NCBI GenBank assembly: GCA_002633005.1
Contig: NMRA01000030.1
Location: 755,630 to 819,629, forward strand
Length of the DNA: 64,000 bases
Source: Phoronis australis
Taxonomy: Eukaryota > Animalia > Phoronida
Direction: 5' to 3'
Below are positions 52,999-64,000 of this stretch, piece after piece. A model generated the notes under the pieces. The model was not told the origin of the DNA. It ran no database searches and was given only the letters and a program-made list of their open reading frames with translations. Positions within the stretch are counted from its first letter, which is position 1, and each line of letters opens with the position of its first letter. Position numbers and translations under genes: made by a program.

Positions 52999-54992
52999 GT
53001 TATGCGCCCACATATTTATATGTGGACGCATTATGCCGTCATCTCTGTCCGTCCGTCCGGCCGGCCGGCCGTCCGTCCGGCCGTCCGTCTGGGCGGCGTC
53101 CGGCGTCCGCTGCTCTATCTCCAAAACCCTTTGACATACGTTCATGAAATTTGGCACATATGTTCCATTCATGAATGGGACGGCATGTGCGAACTTTCGG
53201 ACGGATCCGACTACCGGTGTGCCCCCTAGTGGCAATTTTAGTTTTTTACGCTTACCTTTGTATCTTCAAAAGTCCTGAACGGATTTTCATGAAATTTGGT
53301 ATGTAGGCACCTAGTAGTGAGATGACGCTATCCTGCCGTTTTCGGATGGATTCGACATAGTTTGCGCCACCTAGTGGCCATTTTTACTGTTTTCGAGTCT
53401 GTTTTTGTGCTTCCACCCCTCTATCAACCAAACCGCTCAAAGGATGATTGTGAAAATTGGCATGTATGTGCTTACTATGTAGAGGACGGTTGACGATGAT
53501 TTTCCGACGATTTCGACTACTGTGGCGCCTCCTAGTGGCAGTTTTGTTTTTTTTGCGCCTATGGCTGTATCTCCTAAACCGTTCGCAGGATCTTTACGAA
53601 ATTGTGTAAGTATATTTATATGATGTTAACAACGGAAGATGACGACTTTTGGACGGATCCGACTACAGGTGTGCCCCCTAGTGGCAATTTTAATTTTTTT
53701 ACTCTTACCTTTGTATCTTCACAAGTCTTTAACGGATTTTCATGAAATTTGGTATGTAGGCACCTTTTAGTGAGATGACGCTATCCTCCTGTTTTCAGAT
53801 GGATTTGACGTAGTTTGCGCCACCTAGTGGCCATTTTTAGTGTTTTCGAGTCTGTTTTTGTGCGTCCACCCCTCTATCAATTAAACCGCTCAAAAGATGA
53901 TTGTGAAAATTGGCATGTATATGCTTACTATGTAGAGGACGGTTGACGATGTTTTTCCGACGATTTCGACTACTGTGGCGCCTCCTAGTGGTAGTTTTGT
54001 TTTTTTTTGCGCCTATGGCTGTATCTCCTAAACCTTTCGCGGGATCTTTACGAAATTGTGTAAGTATATTTATATGATGTTAACAACGGAAGATGATGAC
54101 TTTTGGACGGATCAGACTACTGGTGTGCCCCCTAGTGGCAATTTTAGTTTTGTACGCTTACCTTTGTATCTTCAAAAGTCCTGAACAGATTTTCATGAAA
54201 TTTGGTATGTAGGCACCTATTAGTGAGATGACGCTATCTTTCCGCTTTCAGATATATTCGACATAGTTTGCGCCACCTAGTGAGTCTGTATTTTTGCGTC
54301 CACCCCTCTATCGATCAAACCGCTCAAAGGATGATTGTGAAAATTGCCGTGTATGTGCTTACTATAAGGAAGACAGCTGACAATGATTTTCAGACGATTT
54401 GGACTACTGTGGCGCCTCCTAGTGGCAGTTTTTTTTTTGCGCCCATTGCTGTATCTCCCAAACCGTTTGCAGGATCTTTACTAAATTTAGCATGTGTATT
54501 TATGTGATGTTGACAACGGACGATGAGTACTTTAGGATGATGCTGACTACCGGTATGCCTCTAGTGGCAATTTTAGTATTTGCCTCTAGTGGCAATTTTA
54601 GTATTTTTCATTGACCTCTGTATTTTCATAGGTCTTCAGGTGTATGCTTTGTGTTACTTCGTGACTATGAAGGAAAAGTTCCAAGTAGAAATTTGTTTCT
54701 GGCATTCTAATGCTGTTCTAATCTCGTATGCTGGTAAGTTTGTTTTTAATTCTATGTTTCTGTGGTGCTTTAAGCAACTGGTGTATAGGACGTGCTTGTA
54801 TTATGAAGATTACTCACATTTTGCCCCTAGCCTATTGAGGAGAGAATGACCATGCCTTTCCATTTTGCTAAGAACAACATACTACATATATGCCCTATAC
54901 TGGCCACTTTATGGTACCACTAAACAACCCTAGAGGGATACCGTATGCGGTGCAATTGTGGGCGCATTTCAACGCTCTGCGTTGCTCTTGTT
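52999..54992 (-). mobile_element. Helentron-type element nested in Tc2-like copy 4; best-preserved array
   Basis: ATGCGCCCACATATTTATATGTGGACGCAT hairpin, (GTCC)n, about three 452-454-bp units, GTGGGCGCATTTCAACGCTCTGCGTTGCTCTTGTT end; inserted at a T-rich site. Confidence 0.88.
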
Positions 54993-57900
54993 AAGAAATC
55001 TTATAACTCGCGGAAAGATGTCAAATTCTCACTATTTTGATGAATGTAACTGCCGGGTTATATAGAGGATGTGTGGCGACCGAAGGGACAGTGTGCCTTA
55101 CTGGGCTACCGGCTGCCTCTCGATTTCTGAGTTCAAGGTTGGCAATACGTTACTGTATGTTTTGTATCATCTTGAGGTAATAAAAAAATGCTAGTCAAAT
55201 TTTGTTTTTTGCTTTTTGCTTATTGCATCTCAGTCAAACTGGCGTTAGCAGATTTAACTTTTGTCGCAGACTGTTCTTCACTGTGACTTCTTGCGTCAAC
55301 CCTCACCTGGGTGTGACTGTGAATTATCGTTTCCACATTCCGTTTTTAACCATTCATAATAATTTTGTTTATACATTGGCCAGTTTCAGCCTGAACAAAA
55401 GTTCTTACCATTTGAGTCTGAAATATCTACGATGTAGACTGACTGAAAATTGGCGATAGTGGGTAGGAGGTACACGTACGCAATTAGCTTACCGGCTTGG
55501 CACACAGGCCTAGGGAACATCGAGCCGGGAAATATCGGAATAGACTTGAAATCGCAGTTTTGTGGAACATTGGAACGGAGGAATATTGCAAAGCAACGGG
55601 TCTTTCGTAACAACAGCTTAAAAGTACATAGTCACGCCCGTTTCGGTTACTTAGGACTGTCGCTTGTCTTTTGATGTGCGACTTTGTAGTGGTGCACGGG
55701 CGTATTAGTTCCCACACTTTGGAGTGCATGCTACCTTGACACCAACATATGATTGACAGGTGACTCATACGTAGGCCCTACTTGTGTGCTGAATCCCGCC
55801 GCTATATTTGGCCATAAAAAACGAGATGCATATTGAAAGAGGCTGTTATATTACTTGACGGCATTTCCAAATCATGATTGTCAGCCGACTGAGACATTGC
55901 GCGCACTACAGCGGGACCGAACAGTGCCGCAATGCGATATTGCAGGTGATATTATGGTAGGGTAATCTGGACATCTTGGATGTAAAATAAATGTTTTTCC
56001 ACCTCGAAGTTTGGTAAGGTGATCATTTAAGAACGAATTGAAACATCGCTGTTTTGTGATGTTTTATCTCATATTTATGCTGTGGCTCGAAATTTTATGC
56101 TTGATTGATGACTGGCTCACCCCCGATTCTAATGTCTTACTTCTTTGTCGAGCATGTTTGACGCAACGGCAAGTGAGCAATGCCCGGCGGTCGAGATAAA
56201 ACTGCTAGCTGCAGAACCATACGCTGAAAATGTCATTGAGTCCTGGAGTGTCGAGTATAAACACAAAAACATGAATTAAGTTTTTCAAACTTTTATTACA
56301 ACTATTTTTAAAACTGCTCTTTGACTCAGAACGTGACAGCTAGCATGAGACTGTATCCACAAATTTGATTTTTGTTGTGAACTCTGCGACACGTGAAGCT
56401 TGCACGCACGCACTTTAGCAGTCACGTCTTGAAATAGTTGCAATCCAAGTGGAGGCTGCATGGTCACTGGTCGTCTGCGCACTACAGATCTAACAAAGTA
56501 ACAGGACATTAGGACGGCACGGGGCTATTACTGAGCAATTTTATAAATTTGAAAGTGAATTACTAACCTGAGAGCAAGAGAACCTTTGTTGGGATCATCC
56601 GCTGTTATGACGTTTTTATCGTTATTTGGCGACGTGACGACAAAGCTCTTTGAAAAGTGCTACGCGTTCCGAGTACGTGTGTCGTGTGGGTTCTTAGATC
56701 GCGAGGTAAGATTAACGGCCCAGGGCGGTTGTCTGTCATAATAAGCACCCATGCTCAGTTAACCGCCCACCCCAGGATTTCTCGAAATTTCATGTTTAAG
56801 CGCCTATGTCTGGTTAACTGCCCATCCCCGAATTTTTGTGTTTGCCAATTTAACCGCCCAGGGCGTTAACCTGAACGTTTACGGTATATAATTTAAGTGT
56901 TGCAACACTTGTGTCTATACCAGAAGGTGTGTTAATCTAGAATAGGCATGCTGTCTTACAGGGGCAACCGACACCTTCACATTGCAATGGGTATGCTGTC
57001 TTACAGGGGTGACCTTCACATTGCTGAGAACTTCTTTGAAACACCAAGAGGGATAGGAGTTGTGCAGTTGTTCGAAATAAACCCTTGAAGCTTTCTGCCC
57101 ACTTGAACAAAAATGGAAGAAAAACATAAATGATGTTCGAATGTTGCTCTGAATAAAAAAATGGTGAGCTTTAATTACTGGGTTGTTGTTGCAAGGCATT
57201 TTGAGGCTTGAGGGCACTTGAGGCTGTAGTAAAGATAGTGTGGCATGTCTATATACCTTGTCATCCTGTTGCGTAGTTGGATGGTATGTCAGTCAGACAG
57301 ACTTCTGCTCTGATAATTTGGAAGCTAACCATAATTTGGCATGTTCCGACCAAAGGTAAGAATGACAGTTATATGGGTTTCATTCAGCAAGGTGCTGAAT
57401 GCAGTATTTGCATGCTTCTATGGCAAAGTTTTCTGAAATTCGCATAAAAAGAATGGCCAAAATAGTCATTGTCACTCATTTTGCCCAAAACTTTCAAAGT
57501 TTCATTTTGTGTTTCTTGGTGACAGGGAAACTATGTAAATTTTTCAAATAATCAAAAGAAATGTCTTCTTGTTTACTCTTGTAGAATTTTTTGATAAAAT
57601 AATTTTTTTTGTTCTGCCATATTGCATTTGAATTTAAAGAAACATTGCTGTATTTATTTGATTTTACGACATTCTTTCGTGACACTGACTAAAATAGATA
57701 TTACTTACTATAGTAGCAATTGATTGCGAAAGCAAGTTTTGAACCTTAACTAAAATCAATAGTTTAAAACAATGGTTTATTCAGAATGTCACTTTTGTTC
57801 GAAACAAAAAAATCAAGAATTGTGGTTATATATTTGGCAAGTAGCATTTTGTTTTCCTCATGGTGCCACCTGGGAATTGCGACATAGAGTACTGCAATGC

Positions 57901-58165
57901 ATGAGTCTACAGAAAGCACCACAGGCTAAGCATTTTCAATTGGTTTATATTTCACAAATACTGGGGATTTATGCGAGAAACTTCAGTTCTGTTAAAAGGA
58001 ATAAGTCAAAGATAGTAATGAATGAAAGCGGAAACAATCATTTGTGTGTTGCTTTTATCCTTTAACAGAAAGAAAATTATACAGTTTGCACAGTTTTGCT
58101 TCATTATTTTTACATTTTATGTTTTACAGCTGCCATGGAAAAAATACAATGAAATTTTGAAAATT

Positions 58166-58611
58166 TATTGTACCCACATGTTTATGTATAGGTGCATTAT
58201 GGCCTCATCTCCATCCGTCTGTTGTTATATCTCCAAACCCCTTGATGGATGCTCGTAAAATTTTGCAAATAAGTTACTGTGGCATAGACGACAGCACCTT
58301 CCCTGCTTCAGATGGATTTTGCCTACGTACTTTCCATCCCCTAGTGGTCTTTCTGTTGTTTTTGTGTCCTTCATTGTTTGCCTCTATATCCTCTAAATTT
58401 CTTGAAGATTCATGATGAAAGATGGCAGGTGTGTTTCTATTGAGGAGAGCATTTCTGATTTCTATTGTACCCCTTAGAGGATGTTATTATTTTTTTTAGT
58501 ATTGCTCTGTTTGGTAGGGATCATTAAAATAATTATCTTGTGTCTAAGTTGTATGTGATGGACAACCATGCACACTGTGGGTGCATACCCACTTTATGCA
58601 TTGCTCTTGTT
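58166..58611 (-). mobile_element. Short degenerate Helentron-type element
   Basis: GTACCCACATGTTTATGTATAGGTGCAT at one end, one CCCCTAGTGG, and GTGGGTGCAT...TTGCTCTTGTT at the other end. Confidence 0.6.
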
Positions 58612-59592
58612 AACAATGCAGTAAGCTTTTGAAAAATGGCAATTTTGACAAGTATTTTTGTTTGAGGAAATTTTACCTTGAACAGCACTGGCTGACATGT
58701 ATCTGCTGCTACCTTATGAAAGAAGGGTTCAGTTTCATCCTACAGCAACCTCATGGCATATTCTGACTGTACCCTAACCATGACCCTGAGTGTTACCAAA
58801 TGGCAATCTGTCATCCAACTTCCTTACCATGCTGACACTTACAAACTGTCTAGACCTAACTCTCCACTTGGGTGTATAATTAACAACAAGTATATGCGTT
58901 TCCCATTAATTTTTGTTCAGAGTGGTTGTAATTCAACTTTTCATCTACCTAACCTGTATGAGATAACATTAGATTTGCGAGTCACCACCATAATGTCATA
59001 TAAATTGATTGATTTTCCAAATTAATGTTTGTGTGTTGATGAACATTTTGAGACTGTTAATAGTAATTTAGCTTGCACTTATTATGGACTACTCTACTAT
59101 ACACTAAATTCATCTTGCTTAAATGATCCTTTGATCTAGCAAAATTAGTTAAGTTTATGTAAGACTGCATTGACCAGTCTACGTACGTAGCCAAATGTCT
59201 AAAAAGATCTATAGATTTTAACGCAGTTAAAACATATTTTTTCTGAAAGTTGAAAACCTATTGAGTACGACTTTTTACCAGTCTGCCATTAATTGGGTCA
59301 CACGTGACCATGTCTTTCAGTATAATTTAGCAGAAAAGGAAGGTACAATGATAGCAATGTTATCAATAGCATAAACTAAAGATAGCCAGCTTGAATTACG
59401 TTGCTGACCCCCCATCCCCCCTGACCTCCCTATCCCCCTTGACCTACGATGTTATCCAAGGTTGCATAACAGGAGTTACAAAAAGAAGACATCAGGTCTC
59501 CAAATTAATTCTAATGCATTCTAATTTCTTTCAAATGTCCGTCACTTTGCCGATGGTACAGTTTTCTATTGACCCATTGCTTCCCCCCATGA

Positions 59593-60495
59593 TTGCCAAA
59601 TACTTCAGCAAGACTAGCCTGTTGGGAAAAATCCTGGAAAATGGATTTCAACATCTCCAAATGCAATATTCTACGTGTCCACCGAAAACATTCCCCCATG
59701 ATATACAATTACAGTCCTCACAACACTTCGCTCAAATGCATCAATCAAGTCCCATACCTTGGTGTCACTCTCATCTATAACTTATCATGGAACACTCACA
59801 TAGACACAATCACCTCTAAGGCAAACAGAACTCTTGGCTTCATTAAACACAATCTTAAATATGTTCCCCAAGAAACAAAAGCCCTTACCTACATTTCACT
59901 TGTTAGACCGAAACTCGAATACTCCTCCTCCATCTGGGATTCCCCCACTTGTTCCAATATGGAAAGGTAGAAAAAATACAACATAGAGCTGCCAGATTCG
60001 TCCTAAATGACCACTCAAGATACTCATCTGCCTCATCCATGCTTGCAACTCTTAAATGGCCCATCCTTCAAGAAAGACGAGCTCAAAATAAACTGTCCGG
60101 CTCCTGTACAAGACCGTACATAACCTGGTTGGTATTCCCCACTCATACCTTCCACCCCTACATATCTCTAGATCACGTAACTCCCACTCTCATACCTTTT
60201 AGAGATCATACATCCACACTGCATACTATGCAAACTCTTTCTTCCCATCTACCATTTTACTCTGGAACAGACTCCCACAATTCGTTGTCTCATCAGACAC
60301 AATAGAGATGTTCACAGGTAATATCTTGAACATCAATCTTACACAGTAAACAGTAAAACTTGTTTTTATCCTGGCACTTAAACCTGGCTCTTTGTTTTGT
60401 TATTTTCACAGTTTTGCACAGTTCAGTTTATTATTAACATGTACCAACATGTAAGGATTGATATTACGATCGTTTGTTGTTAACAGGAAGAAGAA
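59593..60495 (+). mobile_element. 5'-truncated CR1/L2-group LINE remnant (RT C-terminus and 3'UTR)
   Basis: WKMDFNISKC, YLGVTL, LSWNTHI, SLVRPKLEYSSSIWD and KIQHRAARFV occur in two frameshifted ORFs (59593..59970, 59949..60305); GAAGAAGAA tail near 60487. Confidence 0.88.
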
Positions 60496-62069
60496 AGGAA
60501 AAATGACCTACTGATTGTGAACACTTCTGCACCCTTACACCTCCCGAATCTCCCGAAAAATAACTGTTAGATTGTCACGCATCCAGTCACCCAGTAACTC
60601 AATGACATCGGCCTTACCGAGACAATTCTCGAACGTTTTTAGCAGATGAGATCAACAAGTGCTAAATAAAACACGTCCTGCTTTACTGCTTATGTTTTCC
60701 TTAGTTACAATGCACACCTAGATCCTTGCATCACGTTTACTGTGGTAAATGAAATCTGATGACACACACGCACTCACTCTCTCACACAATATGCAGACGA
60801 ACTTCAAAACAAACATCACTGACAACAACATGTGTGTTCATCCAGAAATTTTTCTCGTGTTGCAGAGTACAATCTAGCGCAGATTTGGACTTAATATGTA
60901 GTTAATCCCGACTCCACAGCTACTTTAAAATCTTAGGGATGCTACTTTGAAAACTTAAGGAGGACTTCAGGTAATTTGTTGAGTCGAAGCCATATTTTTA
61001 CTCAAGAATTCAAGTTGACCTATTGGCGATCGTGAGGCAACAATGCATCAGTCGGCGAGTTTTCGCATTGGGATTTTCTGAAAAATGCTCATAATTTAAC
61101 AGCAAAGTTTGATAGCAATGCGCTGCAGTATTGCAGAAACTCTGTCATAGGTTACAGGTGTGTCACAGAGCGTAAATTTGATGAATTCTATTAAGCTTAT
61201 GATTTCACCTGTTTCAGAGACCGGGTTTCAACCACTTTTGAGCAATAATAAGTGCCTCCCTTCTTGAAGCGAATTTTTCTAAGCGCCCTGGGCACTTATT
61301 AGGGTGAATACGGTAGCGACCACACTGCCCTTTAATTGTTGAAGAAAGCTGTTGCCCCTGGCGTTAACTTTGATGAGACTGAAGTTAACTGTTCGTACCA
61401 CACCGCAGTGTTGATGCTTCGCTGTTTAATCCACCTGTTTACTGCGATGTTATCTGGCACTGTTAACTTCGATCCAGGACTGAAGTTAAGCATTCATACT
61501 GAACGCAACTCCCCAAAATGCCGACATCAGTATGAAAGGGCCTTGCAACAAATGACCCTGGTTGTCTGCAAGGAAATTCGAGCTTAGAATTTGATACAAA
61601 ATATTGATTTGACAATATTAAGCTTGACCAAGCTTAGTTGCACGTATTACTTGAATAGCAAAGCTGGCTTCAACATAGAACTATGTGCGGGGGTTAATGC
61701 ATAGTTTTGGTTATAACTTTCTGAACTAATGTCAAATGATGAATACCTAGTTGTATGATGTAACTGAAGTCATCCTGCTGGCCCTTAAAGCACCATGTTT
61801 TGTTTTACTTCACAGAATATTGGCTCACAGGCACTCTTGTCAGCCACTCAGTTTATGGCACTATGGAAAGTATAAGAACGATTCAATATGACCTCCTCCA
61901 GCAAGCGCCTCAGTAATAGTCTAAACCTTGCAAATCTGGGGATTATTTACATCAGACTTAATCGTTGGCTTTGGCATGTTCAATTACTTTTATTTTGTTG
62001 GCAACAACACCAAAAAATGTCATCAGTAACATTTTTCTAAATCACCTGTAAACATCGACAACAGAGTCA

Positions 62070-62852
62070 CCTGGCCCATGGCCCTGCAGTCTGGTATTGT
62101 CTGTCATTAATGGGCATGTTGGCCCGTGGCCCTGTAGTCTTGTACTGTCTGTCAACCAATGGGCATGCTGGCCCAAGGCCCTGCTGTCTTGTATTTTCTG
62201 TCAATCAATGCACATGCTGGCCTATGGCCCTGCTCGCTGGTTTCCTGCATGCTTAGCCCAGCCAGCACGCAGGTATCACGCAGTGGCATACGCTTTACCA
62301 TTGGTCAATGTAACTTTGGCAGTCATTGGTTAGCTTTACAACACCATGAAAAAATGGTGGACTGTGTTGCCATGCAAGTGGCGTCGCAGCAACTATTTCG
62401 TTTCTGCAGTGTTGTTTAATAGCCATGTTCTTGAAGCACATGCATGTACAATAAACACATATCTGGCCGATTTAACTGGTGTGTTATTCATACTGTATGA
62501 ATACAGGACACTATCGTAAACAAAAGTCATCGAAAGTAGAAAGATGCATTCCGAAAAGGCGCAATCACAATTTCTAGGCTTCACATTTCCTGAACATAAA
62601 TTGTAAGCACCAATTTGTCTGTACAACAGACCACATTTACACTTCAGTCCATCAGTCATGACAATTTGTTTGCGTAAAGTGCCTGTTGAGAATTTGACTA
62701 GGCAATCAGAAATGCCGGAGTAAAATAATTTCCCGAGGAAAATCAAGTGATCCCTGCGTGCTGGTGCAGCTACCGCCCCACCTAGCAGCACGCAGGGAAC
62801 CAGTGAGATGGCCCTGCTGTCTTGTATTGTCTGTCAACCAATGGGCATGCTC
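62070..62852. repeat. ~48-bp minisatellite interrupted by the MITE
   Basis: ggccctgctgtcttgtattgtctgtcaaccaatgggcatgct units at 62070-62232 and 62808-62852. Confidence 0.8.
62233..62807. mobile_element. 575-bp MITE with 9-bp TSD (Mutator-like TSD length)
   Basis: TIRs CTCGCTGGTTTCCTGCATGC / GCACGCAGGGAACCAGTGAG; ATGGCCCTG at 62224-62232 and 62808-62816. Confidence 0.75.
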
Positions 62853-64000
62853 GTAAGGAAGCTCACAACCTCACCAACAGTAAACTCACCAAACATATCC
62901 TGTAATGCGGTACTGGTTTGCAGTAGTCAATAGTATCTTTATGGTTGTATAGAAAAAAAGTTGGAAGGCTCCTGAAAATGTGGACACATTTTCCCAGTGT
63001 ACCCAATTCTCATTCTCCTAAAGTACTCTTACTGTAATGTTACTGTTTTTAGTTGATGTAATAGCATGTTGACGATTTATTGAGTCACCTTACGAGCATG
63101 AGCATTAGTTGACGACAATATGTGTCAATGGAACAAGCACCTTTAAGCTTTGAATGTTATTGGTTAAATTAGGAAAATCTTGTGGTACCCATGATGTTTA
63201 TTGGTGTTGTTGCCATCAAATTTAACCAATGAACATGTTAGAAACCGCCCACAGATAAAATGTCTCGGGTAAATTATCCCCAGATTGGTGATACTGAAGT
63301 TGTTTCCGAAACTACTGCTGGGGGGCCATATTGAATTGCTCTTGTATACCTTTTGTACGTAAGGGCCAGCAGTGAGTACCAAGAGGGCCAGTCATTGACC
63401 TGCACAGTAATATATGTCCCCTGTGAGCCAATAAAATTCTTTAAACTCCAACATACATGTGGCACATCTCAGGCCATTTGATGTTGCCTTTGATGGTACC
63501 AATGTTTGTAGTGTTGTAAACAAGAGAGTGTTTTGAAAGTTTTGTGACTACTGCATTGTGGGAGTAATTCTATTCACAAAAGCAGTTGGTATGTGTTATT
63601 CTGGGAAAGGTCTGAAATGGCAAGACTGCTGTTGATTGGATTCAATTTACTCCTTGATTCGTTTAAATACTTCATTGATTTTATGTCTGCTGTCTGTGTG
63701 ATGTTGAAAATTGACATTGACAAATCAAGAAACATTCTCCTCCTCATGACATAAAAGATGGCTCTCATTTCTGGTCAAAAGTTGTTATATGGTACATGGT
63801 GAGTGATGTTACAGTGGAGGAATTGAACTGGTTTAGTCATCATTCACACTTACTATTTGTTTTAGAGAAAAAACTTTCCAACATCTGAAACTGAATTGCT
63901 ACTGAAATGTTAATATTTTATAGGTCAGATTTAATTTCTGTAAATTGTGTATATACTTAAAAAAATTACTGCTTGTACATTAAAAACTTGCCCCCTCCCA

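Larger units (their letters stand above)
51480..56884 (+). mobile_element. Tc2/pogo-like TIR element, copy 4, carrying two nested insertions
   Basis: TA|CCGTAAAAGCTCGGG ... CTGAACGTTTACGG|TA; collinear with copy 3 once 51689-52655 and 52999-54992 are removed. Confidence 0.9.

Noticed and set aside
23800-64000. Conserved miRNA, tRNA or other ncRNA in the long intron
   Set aside because: Only seed-length resemblances were seen (e.g. TGAGGTAG near 39652, TATGGCACT near 61854), with no full mature sequence or hairpin. An Infernal/Rfam scan would be needed.

Overview
Metazoan genomic DNA (AT-rich, spliceosomal introns, probably a marine invertebrate; species not determinable). The left third holds the 5' and central part of a kynurenine 3-monooxygenase (KMO) gene on the minus strand. 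Ten GT-AG coding exons were assembled by hand into one continuous frame, and the 3' end runs off the left edge. A CpG-rich probable bidirectional promoter at ~23.5-23.8 kb has outward-facing splice donors. The remaining ~40 kb has no recognisable coding exon and is probably a long first intron of a plus-strand gene. The window is dense with non-autonomous transposons, often nested: four copies of a TA-flanked Tc2/pogo-like TIR element, at least eight DINE-1/pearl-like (Helentron-type) elements, several MITEs, two LINE remnants, a THAP fragment and many minisatellites. The most striking signal is that the Helentron-like elements carry arrays of co-oriented, near-consensus CTCF-like motifs every ~150 bp (~452-bp three-part unit). 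These arrays point inward from both sides towards a back-to-back pair of CTCF-like motifs in the promoter. A 2-kb tandem duplication and one apparent deletion coincide with N characters and are probably assembly artefacts. Almost all ORF-track entries are spurious.
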